64,000 nt of DNA from Mantamonas sphyraenae STR306 (lineage: Eukaryota > Protista > CRuMs): NCBI GenBank assembly GCA_026936335.1, contig JAPMXV010000001.1, forward strand, positions 372,001 to 436,000, read 5' to 3'. Under the pieces are notes generated by a model. It worked only from the letters and a program-made list of their open reading frames with translations, had not been told where the DNA came from and made no database searches. This document shows positions 1 to 13,238 of the stretch, in pieces. A program made the translations under genes and the position numbers. Positions within the stretch are counted from its first letter, which is position 1, and each line of letters begins with the position of its first letter.

Positions 1-3000
1 AGCAGCCCCATCGTCCCCAGCATCTTCTCCGCCGTCTTCGTCTTCCACCTGAGCTTCCTCTCCCTGCTCCTCCATCTCATCGACATCGTTCTGCGCCTGC
101 TCATCCTCATCCTCTTCCTGTTCCTTGTCTTCCGTTTCTGCTGCCTTTGCTCGTCCAAACGACCGCTTGCGCCCAAACGTTTTCCGCGCAAAGGTGCTCT
201 CCTCCTTGCTGCCCTCGCTGCCGCCTCCGCTCAGCCGCCGTGCAAACGGGTTCGCCTTGCGCCTCGACACCACAGGTGCTGCCGACGAGCTCGACGCCTC
301 TTCTGCCGCCTTGGCCACCACGTCTGCCTCATCCCCCTGCAGCAAAGGGTTGTCCTTTTGCCCTCCGCTTCCGCGCATCATCTTGCGCACCGCGCTCTGG
401 AATCGGCTTGTCTTGGCCACCTTGCGCGGCTGAGCCACCTCGTTGCCTGCATCTTCCCCTCCCAGCGCCTCGCCATCTTCGTCATCCTCATCCACCGTCC
501 CGCTGTCGTTTCGGTCACCGTTCTCGCTTCCACCATTGCTTCCGCTGTCCTTTGTGTCCTCGATCTTTCGTTTCCTTGCATTGGCCATCTTCTTCGACGT
601 GCCCGTCTTGCGTCCTGCCAATCTGCTCAGAGCACTCGACTCTGACCCGCTGCGCTTCATCGACGATCGTTCTTCCTCCGACTTTTTCGCCTTGGCCATG
701 CTCAAGGCCTTGGTCTTGCGCTTCGGCGCATCCGAGCCGTCCGTGCTCAGCGACGAAGACGATCCCGAGCGGTTCATCGCTCCGCCGCCCATCACCATGG
801 CGTCGCCGTTGTCCCCTGGCGACCCTGCACTCGACGCCTGCTTGCGAGGCACAGGCAGTGCCTTCTTCTTCTTTTCTGCAGATCCCGGCGTGCTGCTGTC
901 TCCTTTCTTGTCTTTCTCCTTGTTGCTCTTTGCCTTGCTGCGCCCGTCTGGAATCTTCAGCGATGGCAACACAGCAGGGCTTGTGCTGCGTGCGTCGCTG
1001 CCCTTTGCAGCTGCCTCCTTCTCTGCTCGCACAGACGCCATCACCTTGAACGCTCCCTTGCGTCCACCCTTACCCGCTGATCCTTGCTTCTTGCCGTTTC
1101 CATCTTCCTCCTCCTCTGTCTCCATCGACTTGCTACCTCCAGTCTCCTTGGCGCCTCCACCAAACATGGCTTGCGTCACCTCATCTTCAGAGGCCGATGC
1201 TGTACTCGCGGCGGCTGCCACGTTGCTCGCCGTGCTTGCTGTCGTCTTTTGCGCCTTCAACTTCTTCTCCAGCAGCGCCGCACGCTTCTTCAACATGTTT
1301 TCACGCTTCTCCAGCGCATCCTTGGCGTCCTCAGCCACACTCACCGCTTGTTCCAACTCTGCCACGCGGGCTTGCAGCTTTTCGATCGTCTGCTTGGCCA
1401 GCTCGTACGTCTTGCTGACCGTTTGCAGCCTCTTTTTCCATTCGGCAGAGTCAACGCCGCTTGCGGATGCACCCGACGCAGACAAAGACGCTGTGGCCCC
1501 GCCCGCCGACGGCGCTGCACCCGAGCTTGTTTCCTGTTGCAGCTTCTTGTACTTGCTGCGCCAATTCGTCGCAATGGTGTGCAGCTTCTTGTACTTGTCG
1601 TCGGCAGCCACCTTGTCCGCTTCCAGCTTCTTGATCGAGTCCTGCGCCTCGGACAGACGCTTGTCCGTCGCCGCAGCTGCCGCATTCTTCTTGGCCTGCT
1701 TCACCTGAGCCTGCGCCGCGCTCACTTGCTTCTGCAGGGCCTCGTTCTCGCTGCGTAGCTTCTTCAACGCCGCCGGATCCACACGCTGTTCCATCAACTG
1801 CTTCACTCGCTTGCTCCAGCTCTTGTTGTGCGCCTCCAGCGCCTCCTTCTCCGCCTCCAGCTGCTCCTTTTGCAGCTCCAATTCACGTGAAGCGGCCTTG
1901 GCCTCCTCGGCCTTGTTGCGTGCTTCCGCGGCATCCTTCTGCAGCTCCTCCATGCGTTTCACGCTGCGCTCGTTTTCGCGTCGCAGCATGCTGTTGGATT
2001 CCTGCAGCAGTTTCACTTGCGACACTTGTTCCACCAGCGTCCGGTGCTCCTCTTCCGACCGTGCACGCGTCACGCTCGACGCGCGTTCCTCCTCAAGCTG
2101 CAGCTTCAGCTTGTCTGCAGCCACTGCGTGCTTCTCCGCCTCCCGCTTGCTCCTGCTCAGCTCTTGTCGCAGTCGCTCCTTTTCCAGCTGCAGGATGTCC
2201 TTGTCGCGCTTCAGATATTGAGTCAACTGCAACAGCTCGTTCACCTTGCTGTCGCCCTGTTCGCCATCGTCCTTGCCCGACCCATTCCCGTTTTCCGTTC
2301 CGCTGCCATCGCCCTCGCCACCGTCCTTGCTGCTGCTGCCCAGGAAGTGCTCCACGCGCTGTTCTTCCAGCTTCTTGATCTGTTTCATCAGCGTTTCCAG
2401 CTGGCCGTGCAACAGGTCGTTCTGCTCCTTCACCTGCTCCGCTTGCACGCTCGCCTCCTTCGCTTCTTCCTCCAGCAGTTTCTTCTGTGCCGCGCTGCCC
2501 TCTTCCTGCTGCGTCAACTCGGACTCCAGGCGCCTGCGTACGCTCTCACTCTCGTTCAATTGTGTTTCCAGGCTCTGCTTCTGCTCACGCAGCGTCTTGG
2601 CCTCCTGGATCGCCTCGCTGTGCTCCATCACCTCGGCTTCATACCGCTGCTTCAGCGAAGCATACATCTCGCCCTGTTTGCTGCTGTCTGCCTGCGCGCT
2701 CGCCACTTCTTTCTCCAGCTCGGCAATGCGCTTCTGTTTGGCCTTGAGCAAGCGCTGCGCCTCGTCCAATTGCTCTTGCAGCGTCGCCTTGGCCTCGGCA
2801 ATGCGCTTGTCTGCTGCTGCCTTGCTGCTTTCGTTGGCCTTGGCCTCCTTGTTTACCTTGGCGACCTCGGCCTCCAGCTCCTTGCATCGCTTCTCCATGC
2901 GTGTCTTGAACACTTCGCTTGTGTCACTCAGTGCAGCCAGCTCCGACTCGGCAGCTTCAGCCATCGACTTGAATTGGCTTGCCTGTCGCTTCGCTGCACT

Positions 3001-6000
3001 CAACTTGCTCTTCAGCGCTTCCACCTCCGAACGTGTGTTCTTCAATTCCAGCGCAAGGTCTCCGTCGGCCAGGATGCGCGATGTGCTGCTGCTGCTGCTG
3101 CTGCTGCTTGTCGTGTCGTCACCATCCTTCATGCGGCCAGCCTGTTGCTGCAGGGCATAGTCATGCAGGCGTCGCTCGGTCTTTTCCAGCTTGGCTCGGT
3201 ACTCGGCCAACTGCTCCTGCAACGCCTTTTGGCTGCCGCTCAGTTCCGCCGTGCGCTGTTTCTCCTCAGCCAGCGCCTGCTCTTGTTCCTGTGCGCGCGC
3301 GCGGTGCTGCTTGATGGATTCCTGTCGCATTTCGCTGACGTCCTCCAGCTGCTGCGCCTGTTCCTGCAGCTTGCGCCTGCTCTCGTCCACCTGTTCCTGT
3401 AGCTTGCGGTTCTCTGCCTGCAGGCGTGTCTGCATCTGCAGCTCCCTGTTTTCAAACTCCATTTGCATGTTTTGCACTGTGCTCACCAGATCGCGCAGAT
3501 TGTTGCTCTCGCGCTCGAGCGACTGGTTTTGCGCCTTCAGCCTTGCCTCCACCGTGCGCAGGATATCCAGCTCGCTCTTCAGATTGTTTGCCTGGTGTTC
3601 TTTGGCCTTCAGTTCCTCCTGTGCCTGCTGCAGCGCGTGTGTGCTTTCCTGAAGCTTGCTCTGGAACTGAATCACGTTGCTCTGCAGCTCCGTGTTCTGC
3701 TTGCGCAGGTGCTCCACCTCTGCCGCATGGCTGTCCACATAGCCCTGCTGTGTGCGCAGCTTGTCTTCCAGATGGTCCTTGTTCGATTGCAGCCTAGCGT
3801 TGAGAACGCGCAATTCGCTGCTCTCCGCACGCAGCTTTTCGAGTTCGTCCTCCACCACCTTCATGTCCTTGCGGTGCTCGCGTGCCATCTCGTCCAGATC
3901 GTTCTTCAACTGCGCCACCATCTCTTCTTGCTCGGCCACGCTGCTTCGTGCGGGCGTACCCAGCGCAGCCCGACGCACGCGTTCGGTGCTCGGCGACACC
4001 AAAGCCTGATCGCCGCTTGCCCCAGACCTCTCGATTGCTGCACGGTCGCTCTGATTCAGCATGATGCGGTACATGTCACGCTCTCGTGTGATGGCCTTGA
4101 CCTGTTCCAGCTGTCGCTCGCGCGTGTCCTTCAGCTCCTGCAGCTCCTCTTGAGCAAGCTCTTGGATGCGCTTGCGCTCTTTAAACTCCCGTTCAAACTG
4201 GTTGCGCTCCTTGCTGGCTCGTTCAAGTCGTGTCTCCAGCGAACGTACCTGGCGCAGCAGTTTCTGGTTGTTCTCCTGGAGCTCCATCACGTTGTCGTAG
4301 ATCACCAGTGTCTCGCCTCCGTTGCCGCTTTCGCCCATCTGTTCGCCCAACAGAGCCTGAATCTGCTTTCCCAGGTCTGTGTTTTCGCGTCGTCCCACGT
4401 CCACCTCGTGCCGCAACGTCTGCGCCTCTTCTTCCAGCTGCTCCACGCGCTCGTGCAGCTCGTCGATTTCATGCATGGCTCGGTTCAACGCCTTTGCGCT
4501 GTTGTCGTACCGCTGCATGACGTCGCGAAACGCACTTTCGCGCTCCTCCAGCAGCACGCGGTGCTGTTCGGCACTCTCCACGATGCTCTCCAGCTCGTTC
4601 TCCTTCTGCTCAAGTTCCAGCTGCACCGTGGCCATGGCCTCGGCCTTTTCGTACACCACTGCCACCAGCTGCGACTTTGACATCTTGCGCAGCTCACTCG
4701 AGCTCAGCGTGGTGATGTCCATGTTTGCGCCCAGAGGCGAGGAAGCCGATGACGACGTGTCCCCCTTCTTGTTGCCGCCCTTCTCCTCTTCGCCGGCCTC
4801 GGCCATGCGCGTGTACACTTCGTGCAGCTTGGCTTGCCATTCTTTGTCCTTGGCCGCCAGCTTTGCGTTCAGTGCATCGAGTTCGTCCGCGCGCTCCTGC
4901 AGCACTGCGTCGTGCTCGCGCTTGGTGATGACCAGGAGCTCCTTGGTGCGCTCGAGTTCGGCAGACACCTCGGTCAGCTTGGTCTCTTGCTGCTCGTACG
5001 GCACGCGGTAAATGTCTGCGAGGCGCTGTGTGGTGGCAATCTCCTCGCGGAAGATTTCAATCTGCTCGGCCGAGTCCTGCCTCAGGTTGTGCAGCTCGTC
5101 CTGGGCATCGCTCAATGCCTGGGTGGTCTCCTCGTGTTTGGCCTTGAGGGTGAGCAGTTGCTGAGAGAGCTGCGCCACCTCGGCGGTGCTCTGGTCCAGT
5201 TGATGCTGGAGATTGAACACCTGTTCGGCCTTGTCCTTGCGCACCTGCAACAGTTCACTCGACTTTGCACTCAGTTCACTCTGCAGCCATTCTTCGTTCT
5301 TGGCGCCCACCTCTTTCTCCTTCTGGGCGCGTGTGAGCTCAAACTGCAAGGGCACCACTTGGTTCTGCGCCTCATGCAGCTGGTCCTGCAGCTTGGCCTT
5401 GGCCTTGCTCGCTTCCAGCAGCTTCTCCTGCAGCGAGGCCACCTGCTCGTTCAAGGAATCGATTTCACTGTCCCGGCTGCTCAGGGTCACCGTCAGGTTG
5501 CGTGTCGACTTGTGGTGCTGGGCGGCTTCCTTCTTTGCCGCTTCCAGCTCAGCCTCCTTCTCAGCCAGTGTGGCCTTAAACTTGGCTCGCACGGATGCAA
5601 GCGACGCTTGCGTGGCGTCTGAGTGGACACCATGCCACAGTGGGTGTCAGCTGCGCTGGGGATTCGTGTGTTGTGGGCAAACACTTTGCGCCGACGCCAC
5701 ATGTGCTGCGCCGGAAAACGCGCGAACGAAGGAGGGGAAAACCTACCCTGGCCACTCTGGGCGCTCTTCACCTGAGCCACCTGCTCCTCGGCCGCCTGTG
5801 CCTTGGCTTCCGCAGCACGGTACTTCTTTTCCAGGTTCTCAAACAGTTGGTCTGGAGCGCAGCGACGCGTCCGGGGTGGACGCCCATGGGGTGTCAGACA
5901 TGGCGCGAACGTCCTCGGCACGATCAGCGGCCGGGGCCGCGTCTCTCTGCACGCTCCGAGTCCTCACGACGAGCCGCCAGGGTTACACACAGTCACATGT

Positions 6001-6222
6001 GTGCCCCCGAACTGCACATGACTCATCCGTGCTCCACTCACCTGTGTTGAGCCTCTCGCGCTCCATGCTAATGGTCTGTTGCTGGCGTTCGTGTTCAAGC
6101 GCAGCCACATGGGCTTCGCACTTGCGCATCAGTGCAGCTAGTTCGCTGCGCACCTGCTCATCCACCTTTTCCAGCGTCTCCTTGGTTTTGGCCGCCTCGG
6201 TCTCGCCAAGAAAGTCCAGCAT
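1..6222 (-). CDS. TPR: Nuclear basket nucleoporin TPR/Mlp1 homologue (3' end beyond left edge; introns ~5852-6041 and ~5619-5746)
   Basis: Long stop-free coiled-coil frame running off the window, so absent from the ORF track. TPR-like segments DLGKQIQALLGEQ and ETLVIYDNVMELQENNQKLLRQVRSL; acidic disordered C-terminus. ATG (MLDFLGE) at 6222; GTGAG/GTAGG donors and CAG acceptors join in frame. Confidence 0.85.
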
Positions 6223-6399
6223 CGCCTGCCTGGTGGATTTGCTGGCGCGGTCGGTGCGACTCCCCGTGGCCACTCGATGTTGCACGATGTCCTCTGTCTC
6301 CTTTGCAGGCAAGTGCAGGTGTGAGCGTCCATGCAGCTGAGCACGGACACATGCCTGAAGCGTGCATGGGTCCGCGTGGCGAGCCAACTCTTTTTTGGG

Positions 6400-7367
6400 A
6401 TGGAAGGCGAAGACGTGGTCGACCTGCAGAACATCAACTCGCTTAGCGAGTCGATGACCCAGGAGTTTGTCACCATTGTGTTTTCGTTTCTGATTGACCA
6501 GCAGAGCAACGAGCTTGTCAATGCCATTGGCGAGTTCTGCGACAACAATGGCATCAAGCAAAGTGCCCTGCGCTCGCTGCTCCGCGCCTCCATTCTGTAC
6601 TTCAAAGCCGCCGTCAGCCAAAACACTCCCGAGAGCCAGCTGAGCAAGAGCTTGCAGTCAAACGGTGCGTCCCACCCATCCCTGAGACCCTCTCTGCATC
6701 CTGTACGGGGTGCCAACCCATCCACGCGTCTGCCCTCCCTCACACCGATTCTGCCACTCCCGCCGCTTTCCTGCAACGCACAGGCGTCGACGAAGCACAC
6801 ACGGCAATCATCTGTAAATTGTGGAAGAGCCACTTTGTTGCCCTTTGTCGCGCCGTCATCTCAAAGACCCTCATGGTCAACAAACTCGTCGACATGGACT
6901 GGAAGTTTGGCGGTGCGTGCTCGACTTTTGCCCCTTTTTCGGCCGTCCGTGTTTTGTTGGCACGCCCTCAACAGCACCCACAGTTGCGAGTGTGCCCCCC
7001 ACGTGTTGCCACAGAGTGTACAGCATCCGCATGTGCGGGTGCCTTACCAACGCTTGCTCTCCTGCTCACCCGCCTCGTCCATTCCCTTCTCCGGCGTCCC
7101 CTCAGTCACAGCAAGCTCTTCCGAGCTTGAGAGCTCCGGTAGCACCTTTTTGCAGCTCAAACTGTCGGTGCAGAACGGAAACAATACCGAGGATGTGTTT
7201 ATGGGTACGTGCATCGTCTGCCTCTTGCGCCCTTGTTTTCTGTCCGCCTCGTTCACCCTTGTGCTCACACTGATCCATGCAAACCCTCTGCAGAGCTCAC
7301 TCTGGACCAATTCTACCTGTTCCTGCGCGAGATGGAAACTCTCAAAGCGAATCTCGAGTATTTTTGA
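6400..7367 (+). CDS. COMMD7: COMM domain-containing protein 7 (4 exons)
   Basis: Spliced product contains KTLMVNKLVDMDWKFG|VTASSSELESSGSTFLQLKL...ELTLDQFYLFLREME, the COMM domain signature closest to COMMD7. GT-AG introns. Confidence 0.9.
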
Positions 7368-7382
7368 ATGAATCCGCACCCT

Positions 7383-8028
7383 TCAGCTCAGTTTCATTCC
7401 CGCCCCGTCGTCTTCGTCGCCTCGGCCGAGCCGGTAGCCCTTCTTCTTGTTGTCACTCTTTACGTATCGCAGCCGCTCCAGCTTCTCCTTCTTGCGTTTC
7501 TCCTCCCGTTCCTTCCACTGTGTGGCCTTTTCCTGCTCCAGCGCACGCTGCTCCACTTGTTGGCGCAGACGCACTGCCCGCATCTCGTCGTCCAGCTCGT
7601 TCCTTTCTTCTTCGCCTGGTTCATTCGCGCGTAATGTCCAGTGTGTGTGCGTGTGTGTGTGTGTTTGGTTTTGGTGAGCAAGGGATGCCGTGTGCCAGGC
7701 CGCTCTCCAACCTTTCATTCCGGCCGCTTTGCGCACGCTTCCGCCGTCGCTTCCTTGCGGCCAACCTACTGCGTTTATCCTTCCATGCAGCTCTGCGCTC
7801 TGCAGCAGTCACCATGCTCTCCTGTTTACGCTTGCGCTTCACCAGAAAGTACGCCAACAGCAGCAGCAGCAGCACCTTGAACCCGTGTTGCTCCAAGAAG
7901 CCCGTCACCGAGCCTACAGCTGCCCACACGAAGCCCAGGTCTGGGCTGTGCTCCGGATCTACCTTGACATCCCCTGCACCGCCACCCACACTTCCATCAG
8001 CATTGACGCCGTCCACCAGCTGCGACAT
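7383..8028 (-). CDS. Selenoprotein S/VIMP-like single-pass ER membrane protein (intron 7616-7769)
   Basis: TM segment (GFKVLLLLLLAYFLV) followed by coiled coil MRAVRLRQQ...EEKRKKEKLE and Gly-containing tail. Splicing A|GTAGG...CAG|GC restores the frame. Confidence 0.6.
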
Positions 8029-8123
8029 TGTCACTCAGTTTTTTGTGGCAACGGCGCACTCACAGGGACCACGTTCAGATGTACATTCCATGACGACAAC
8101 ACTCCTGGTCACTCACACCCCGC

Positions 8124-11100
8124 CTATCCCTTCTCCTTGAGGCGTCGGCAGCCTTCCCATCGCTTCGGGCACACATAGTCCGAGCGACCGATGTACTCCA
8201 GCAACACCAGCGCTGGGCCGTCGTCGCGACGCACCTTGAGGCACCTCGTAAGCTTCTTCAAAGCCTTTCGCCAGTCGCCTAGAATGTAGGCGTCCACTGC
8301 TGAGCTGAACGCACGATTGAATGTCACCTTGTCCACAATCAGCTCATCGTCCGACACCTCCTCAAACCCTGTGTGGCTGTTGCTACTGCTCCTGCGTCGT
8401 GCAGCGCCTGTACCCTCCTCCTCGTCATGCAATCCAAACTTGGCCTTCAGCTCCGCCACCTTTTCCGTGTTTTGATCAAACGCAGGCATGCGGTGCGATA
8501 GCTCGCCCCCCACCGACACCCGTTTGCGCCTGTTCCGTAGCGTCGTCTCGTCTCGCGTCGGGCTCTGCAGCAGATTGTTGTTGGGCAAGAGCTTGCTGCC
8601 CGGTTGCAGCGAGCCCGTCCGCGTGCGGCTCGGCGCAAGCACTGTTGGATCCAGGAACGACGACGCACCAGACGTTTTCCTCGACGTCAACATCCCCGTG
8701 GATGCCGTGCGGTCGCTCATGGGATTTCCCGTGTTCGACAAAGCCCCCTTGTGCGGCTCCTCCACTTCCTCGTCCTTCTCGTCCTCGGTCTCCTCGCCGT
8801 CCCTCGCCAGCTGGGTCTCAAACTCGTCCATCTCGGTCGACGACGTTTCGCTCACAAGCTCCGACTCGATGCGACGCCTCACAGAGCTGCTGCGATCAAA
8901 GCGGTTGCCCTTTGTCTGTGTCTGCGCACCTGTCTGCGTCTGCACCTTGTGTTTGCCCTTGCGTGTCCGATCATCCAGCTTCCTCACCGTGCCCACTGCT
9001 GTTTCCACACAGTCCAGCGGGTCCAAATCGTACGTGTACAACATCAACGGCTTTGTGGCTCCCTTGAGAATGACACGGTCTACCTTGCGGCATCGCACCT
9101 TCATGTGCTGGGGCAGGAGCTTGTAGAACATGTGCGACATCAGCACTGGCACCCCGTAAATCTTGGTTGCGCTCTCCAGACGCGCGCTCAGATTAACGTG
9201 CGGCGACAGATAGCTCGCATCAATCTTAAACTTGCTGCCAATGGCACCTTCCACTGCCCAGCCGCTATGCAGGCCAAAGCCCATGCGCGGCAAACCGCCG
9301 TCATCGGCCAGAAACTCTTTCAGCTCTGGGTTCCGTTCAATCATTCGCTTCAGTGGACGCGAGCGCTCCAAGCGCCGATTCACTGCCTCGAACGACTGCA
9401 ACGCACGCATTGCCAGCCGTTGTTTCTCCGACTCTAGATCTCCCCCGGTGATGGGCTTTGCTCCCAGCGTCAGCGGCGCCATCTTGCGCAGATTCTTCAT
9501 GAAAAGGTTCAAGCCCACGCCGACCACGCCTGTGCTAGGGTCCACCTGCTTCATGCTTTGTGGCACAAACGTGCGCCCGTGTTTCTCGTCCGGCAACTTC
9601 CACACGTTCAGGAACGCGTCGCCGATGTTCTTGTTCGTCGATCCCTCGTGTTCATACACACTCTCATGCACCAACTCCGCAATCAGGTTCACAAACGGCA
9701 TCACGTCCGTCTGCAGAATCTCTGTGGCCCGTGTGAAATTGCGAATGTCGCAGAAGGAAAAGATGCCCACCACAATTTCACCGCGGCCCTTGGACAGAGT
9801 CGTCTTCCAGTCACCGCGCTCTGTCAGATTCTGCGAAATGATGCGTGCGCCAGCCTCGCCAAAGCCAATCCGCACCAGCTCGCCCAGTTTGCGCACCATC
9901 ACTTCCAAGTACCACTGTTCCTTGCTGCTTTTGTTGGCCCTCACAGTGGCAAACGGATTCAGCGCAAGCTGCTTGATGGTGGCTGTGATGCGTTGCAGCG
10001 GTTGCCAGAACAGAACGTGGATGTCGCGGTTCAGCTTGTACACACATACCCAGATGAACACGAGCAACAACGCATTGGCCACGATGCGGAACAGAGCAAA
10101 CTGTTGGCTGCGACTCAGTCGCGACACCAGCATATACGTGGTGTTGCTCGACGTGGCTACAACCTGCACCTCGTCCAGCCGTAGTCTCCCTATCTCTGCC
10201 TGCTCCGACACCACGATCTGGTCGCGCACACGCAGGAACAGAACATTCTCACTGTACATGACGTCCAGGTTGCCCAGGACCAGCTCTCGTGTCACGGTGC
10301 CGTTCAATGCCGCTTGCAGCTTCTCCATCAGCACGAGCGAGTTCACCTCACCCGGCCCGCGGTTGTTGGAAGCCACCAACAGCGCACCCCAGCCCACACC
10401 GTATACCACCAGGAACACCACCAGGGCAATCTTGCTCAACTTGTTCGAGTAGTGGCCTCGCACATCCTCCATCTGCTGGAACGACCTTCGCTGTGGCCGG
10501 TTCTGCAGCAATTTTCGCGTGTTGCCCTCGGTGGCCAGCGTCGACACAGCCGCCATGTCCATGTTCGTGGATGGCAACTGTGTCAACTGCGTCAACTGCG
10601 TCATTTGGGTCATGCGGGATTCGGCACGCATCACCGAACTCCGCCCTGCGTTGCCGTCTGTGTCCCACAAACTCATGCGCGGAATCGGTGACACAGATTG
10701 CCTGCCCGCCTGGATTGTCCGGTCGCCTAGCGTCGGAAGGATGACCACCTCTCCGTCTTGTGTCGGGTCATCGCGGCCCTCAAACAGCACCATACGCCGA
10801 CCACACATCGACAAACGCAACCCGTTCGGCCACAGACTCTGGAAAACGCTACTGATCTGCCTCGAACGGCCCATAAACTCTCCCAACAGCGCCAAACGGC
10901 CCGCGCGGGCCATGGAAAACGCCAAAATGTACACTGGGATGTCCACGGGGGGCGCAAAGAGCGCCACGGCAAAGTAGACTAGCGGTACGGCGCTGATGAG
11001 GTCCAGCCAGAAGTAAAGGGAGCGCGCGTAGCTCGGGTCCAGATAGACGACGATGCACAGTTCGATGACAAACACGACGAGGAAGCCAAAGCCTGCGCCG

Positions 11101-13102
11101 TACACAAACACCTCGTCCCACTCCTTGGGCATGAACGCACGGGAGATGTCGTACGCATACACCATGTGCACAAACAGCAACCAGACAAGCGTGGTGAATG
11201 GCACTGATGTGTACAGGTACAGCATGACCTTGTCCAAGAAGCCAAGCTCGATCTCCACGTCCAGTACGTCTTCGTCCGCCGATTGATCGACGCCACTTCT
11301 GCCCTCGTCGTCCAATGGATCAATCTCGTCGTCATAGATATCTTCGTAGAGATCCGTGGGCACAGGCACGAGACTGTCCAGGATGTCTGTGACCTGGTGC
11401 AGGTTGCTGCTCACTCGCTGCCGCTGCCGAACGCTCGCAGGCGTCACAAACTTCATCGGGCCCACTGCGTCCACGTCTGAATTCAGAGGCTGCACCTTTC
11501 CGTGTCTCTTGCGAATCTCTGCCATCAAGTTGGCACGCACGCTCTTCTTGCGCGGCGACGGAGCCTCCTGCGACGATGCGCTCGAGCGACGGCGTGGGCT
11601 CAATGTCTGAATGGCCACCAGGCTCGGTCTGTGACGAGTCGACTTGCTACGTTTGCTCAAGAAGCCACCGCTGTCTCCGCCTCGCTCCAAATCCTCGCTG
11701 TCTGTGCGCCGACGGCGCGCACTTGCAAGAGGCGAGTCCAGCGAGTTGCGAGCTTTCCTGTCTGGCATCGAATGCCGCAACACGCCAGCACCTGCATCTT
11801 GGGATTCCTGTGGTTTTACACTGTGTGTGGTTGGGTCGTTTGGGTGTCCCAGGATCCCGCCCTCGGCTGTGTGAGTGTTTTCGTCGCGTGTGTCCCACAC
11901 CTTCCGTCTCAAAAGCCGCGCACGCTGCGTCTCATCTCACCGCACACTTACGCGCTGAACAACTCGTCGTCTTCGTCTTTGTCGTCGTCGATAAGCTGAA
12001 ACTTGTCGTCAAAGCGCAGGCTGTACGTGCGCTCGGACTTTTGGTGACGCGGCTGCCTCCGCGGCTTGGGCTGCGTCGTGGCCGGGGCCGCGCCGGGCTG
12101 TCTGCTTGTTGTGGTGCGCCTTCCTGCAGGCGGGCTGTCCATGACACTGTTTGTGAACGTGTGCGTGGTGTCGGAGAGCACGTCGTCGTCACTACCCTGT
12201 TGAGCCTCGCCGCCTGCAAGGTTTGCACCGCCTTCCAAGCCCAGCTCGTCCTCTTCGATCGATGCCAGTGCTGCAGCCGCTGTGCGTGGCGATTGCAAGT
12301 TGGACGCTGTAGATGAGCGTCGCCTTGGCGTAGTTTCGCCTTCCAGCAACTCGTTCCTGTGTGTTTCGGCGCTGTTTGTGTGAGTTTTGTGCGTTTTCGA
12401 CGCCGTCCGGAGTCTCCCTGTTTGCACAGGACGCCTGTGCGCGTGAACAAGCCCCAATCCTGATATGAACTGCCTCACCACACGCACAACCACATCTCAT
12501 CGCATCTTCAAGGACGCTGTCTTTGCCGCCTGCACTTACAGTCCTCCGTGTGCGGAAAGAGAGCGCCGAACGTTGCTGCCGTTTCCATCATCGCTCTCGT
12601 CCCTGCCTCTGCTTTTGCCAAAGGAGAATCGAGGGTTGCGCTCAAACTGGGAGCCATGCGACACAGAAGACTCTTGGGAGGCGACCGAATCGTGCGACTG
12701 CCGTCGTGAGTCTGTGGAGTTACCGCCTTCCTTGTTTTGCATGGTGGTTGCCATCAGCGACGAGAGCAGCGATGAGGAGTTCATGCGACTTCGTCTGCGT
12801 GACGAATTTGATGCGACACCTGTGCTGGTGGTGCTACCCATGCTCCCACCACTACGTGCGCTGTTCTTGCCGTCGCTCCTGTCCACGCTGGCCTCGCTTC
12901 CGTGGCTGCGATCTTCGTCGTGCCCTTCTGCCTCCGATTGGGCTTCCATCCGGTATTTCTTCAACTGTTGATACGGGTCCTCCTCCTTCACTTCATCTTC
13001 GCCTCTGTCTGTCGAGCTCACACGCAGTGAGGGTGCGGACATGGCCTCGGCGGGCGAGCCGACGCGCTGTGGCTCACCCTCCACATCTGAATCGCTCTGC
13101 AT
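8124..13102 (-). CDS. Adenylyl cyclase with N-terminal ion-channel-like TM domain and C-terminal TPR-like tail (ciliate/apicomplexan AC-alpha type); 5' exons 12536-13102 and ~11951-12370 inferred
   Basis: Class III cyclase motifs FCDIRNFT, NKNIGDAF, GLHSGWAVEGAIGS, SPHVNLSARLE. TM helices with YFWLDLISA and MARAGRL. Tail YILGDWRKA...DDGPA...WEGCRRL. Both upstream ORFs end at GTAAGT donors that splice in frame. Confidence 0.85.
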
Positions 13103-13238
13103 GCTGCCACTCGCCTTGCAGGGTGCTCGAGGTATGTACAACGGCTGGGTCAACGGTACCAGTGCACTTTCCCGTTGAGGTGGCTTGCTTTGGCACACAG
13201 AGCGCGTGGCCGCCCAAACGCCAGCGGCCGCACCACAC

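Noticed and set aside
125-5622. Many long + strand ORFs rich in Leu/Ser
   Set aside because: Antisense shadows of the GC-rich TPR coiled-coil CDS; the same applies to shadows over other genes.
7383-7385. TGA as selenocysteine in the SelS-like gene
   Set aside because: No GGU-type context and no nearby downstream stop; readthrough would run >100 codons antisense to COMMD7.
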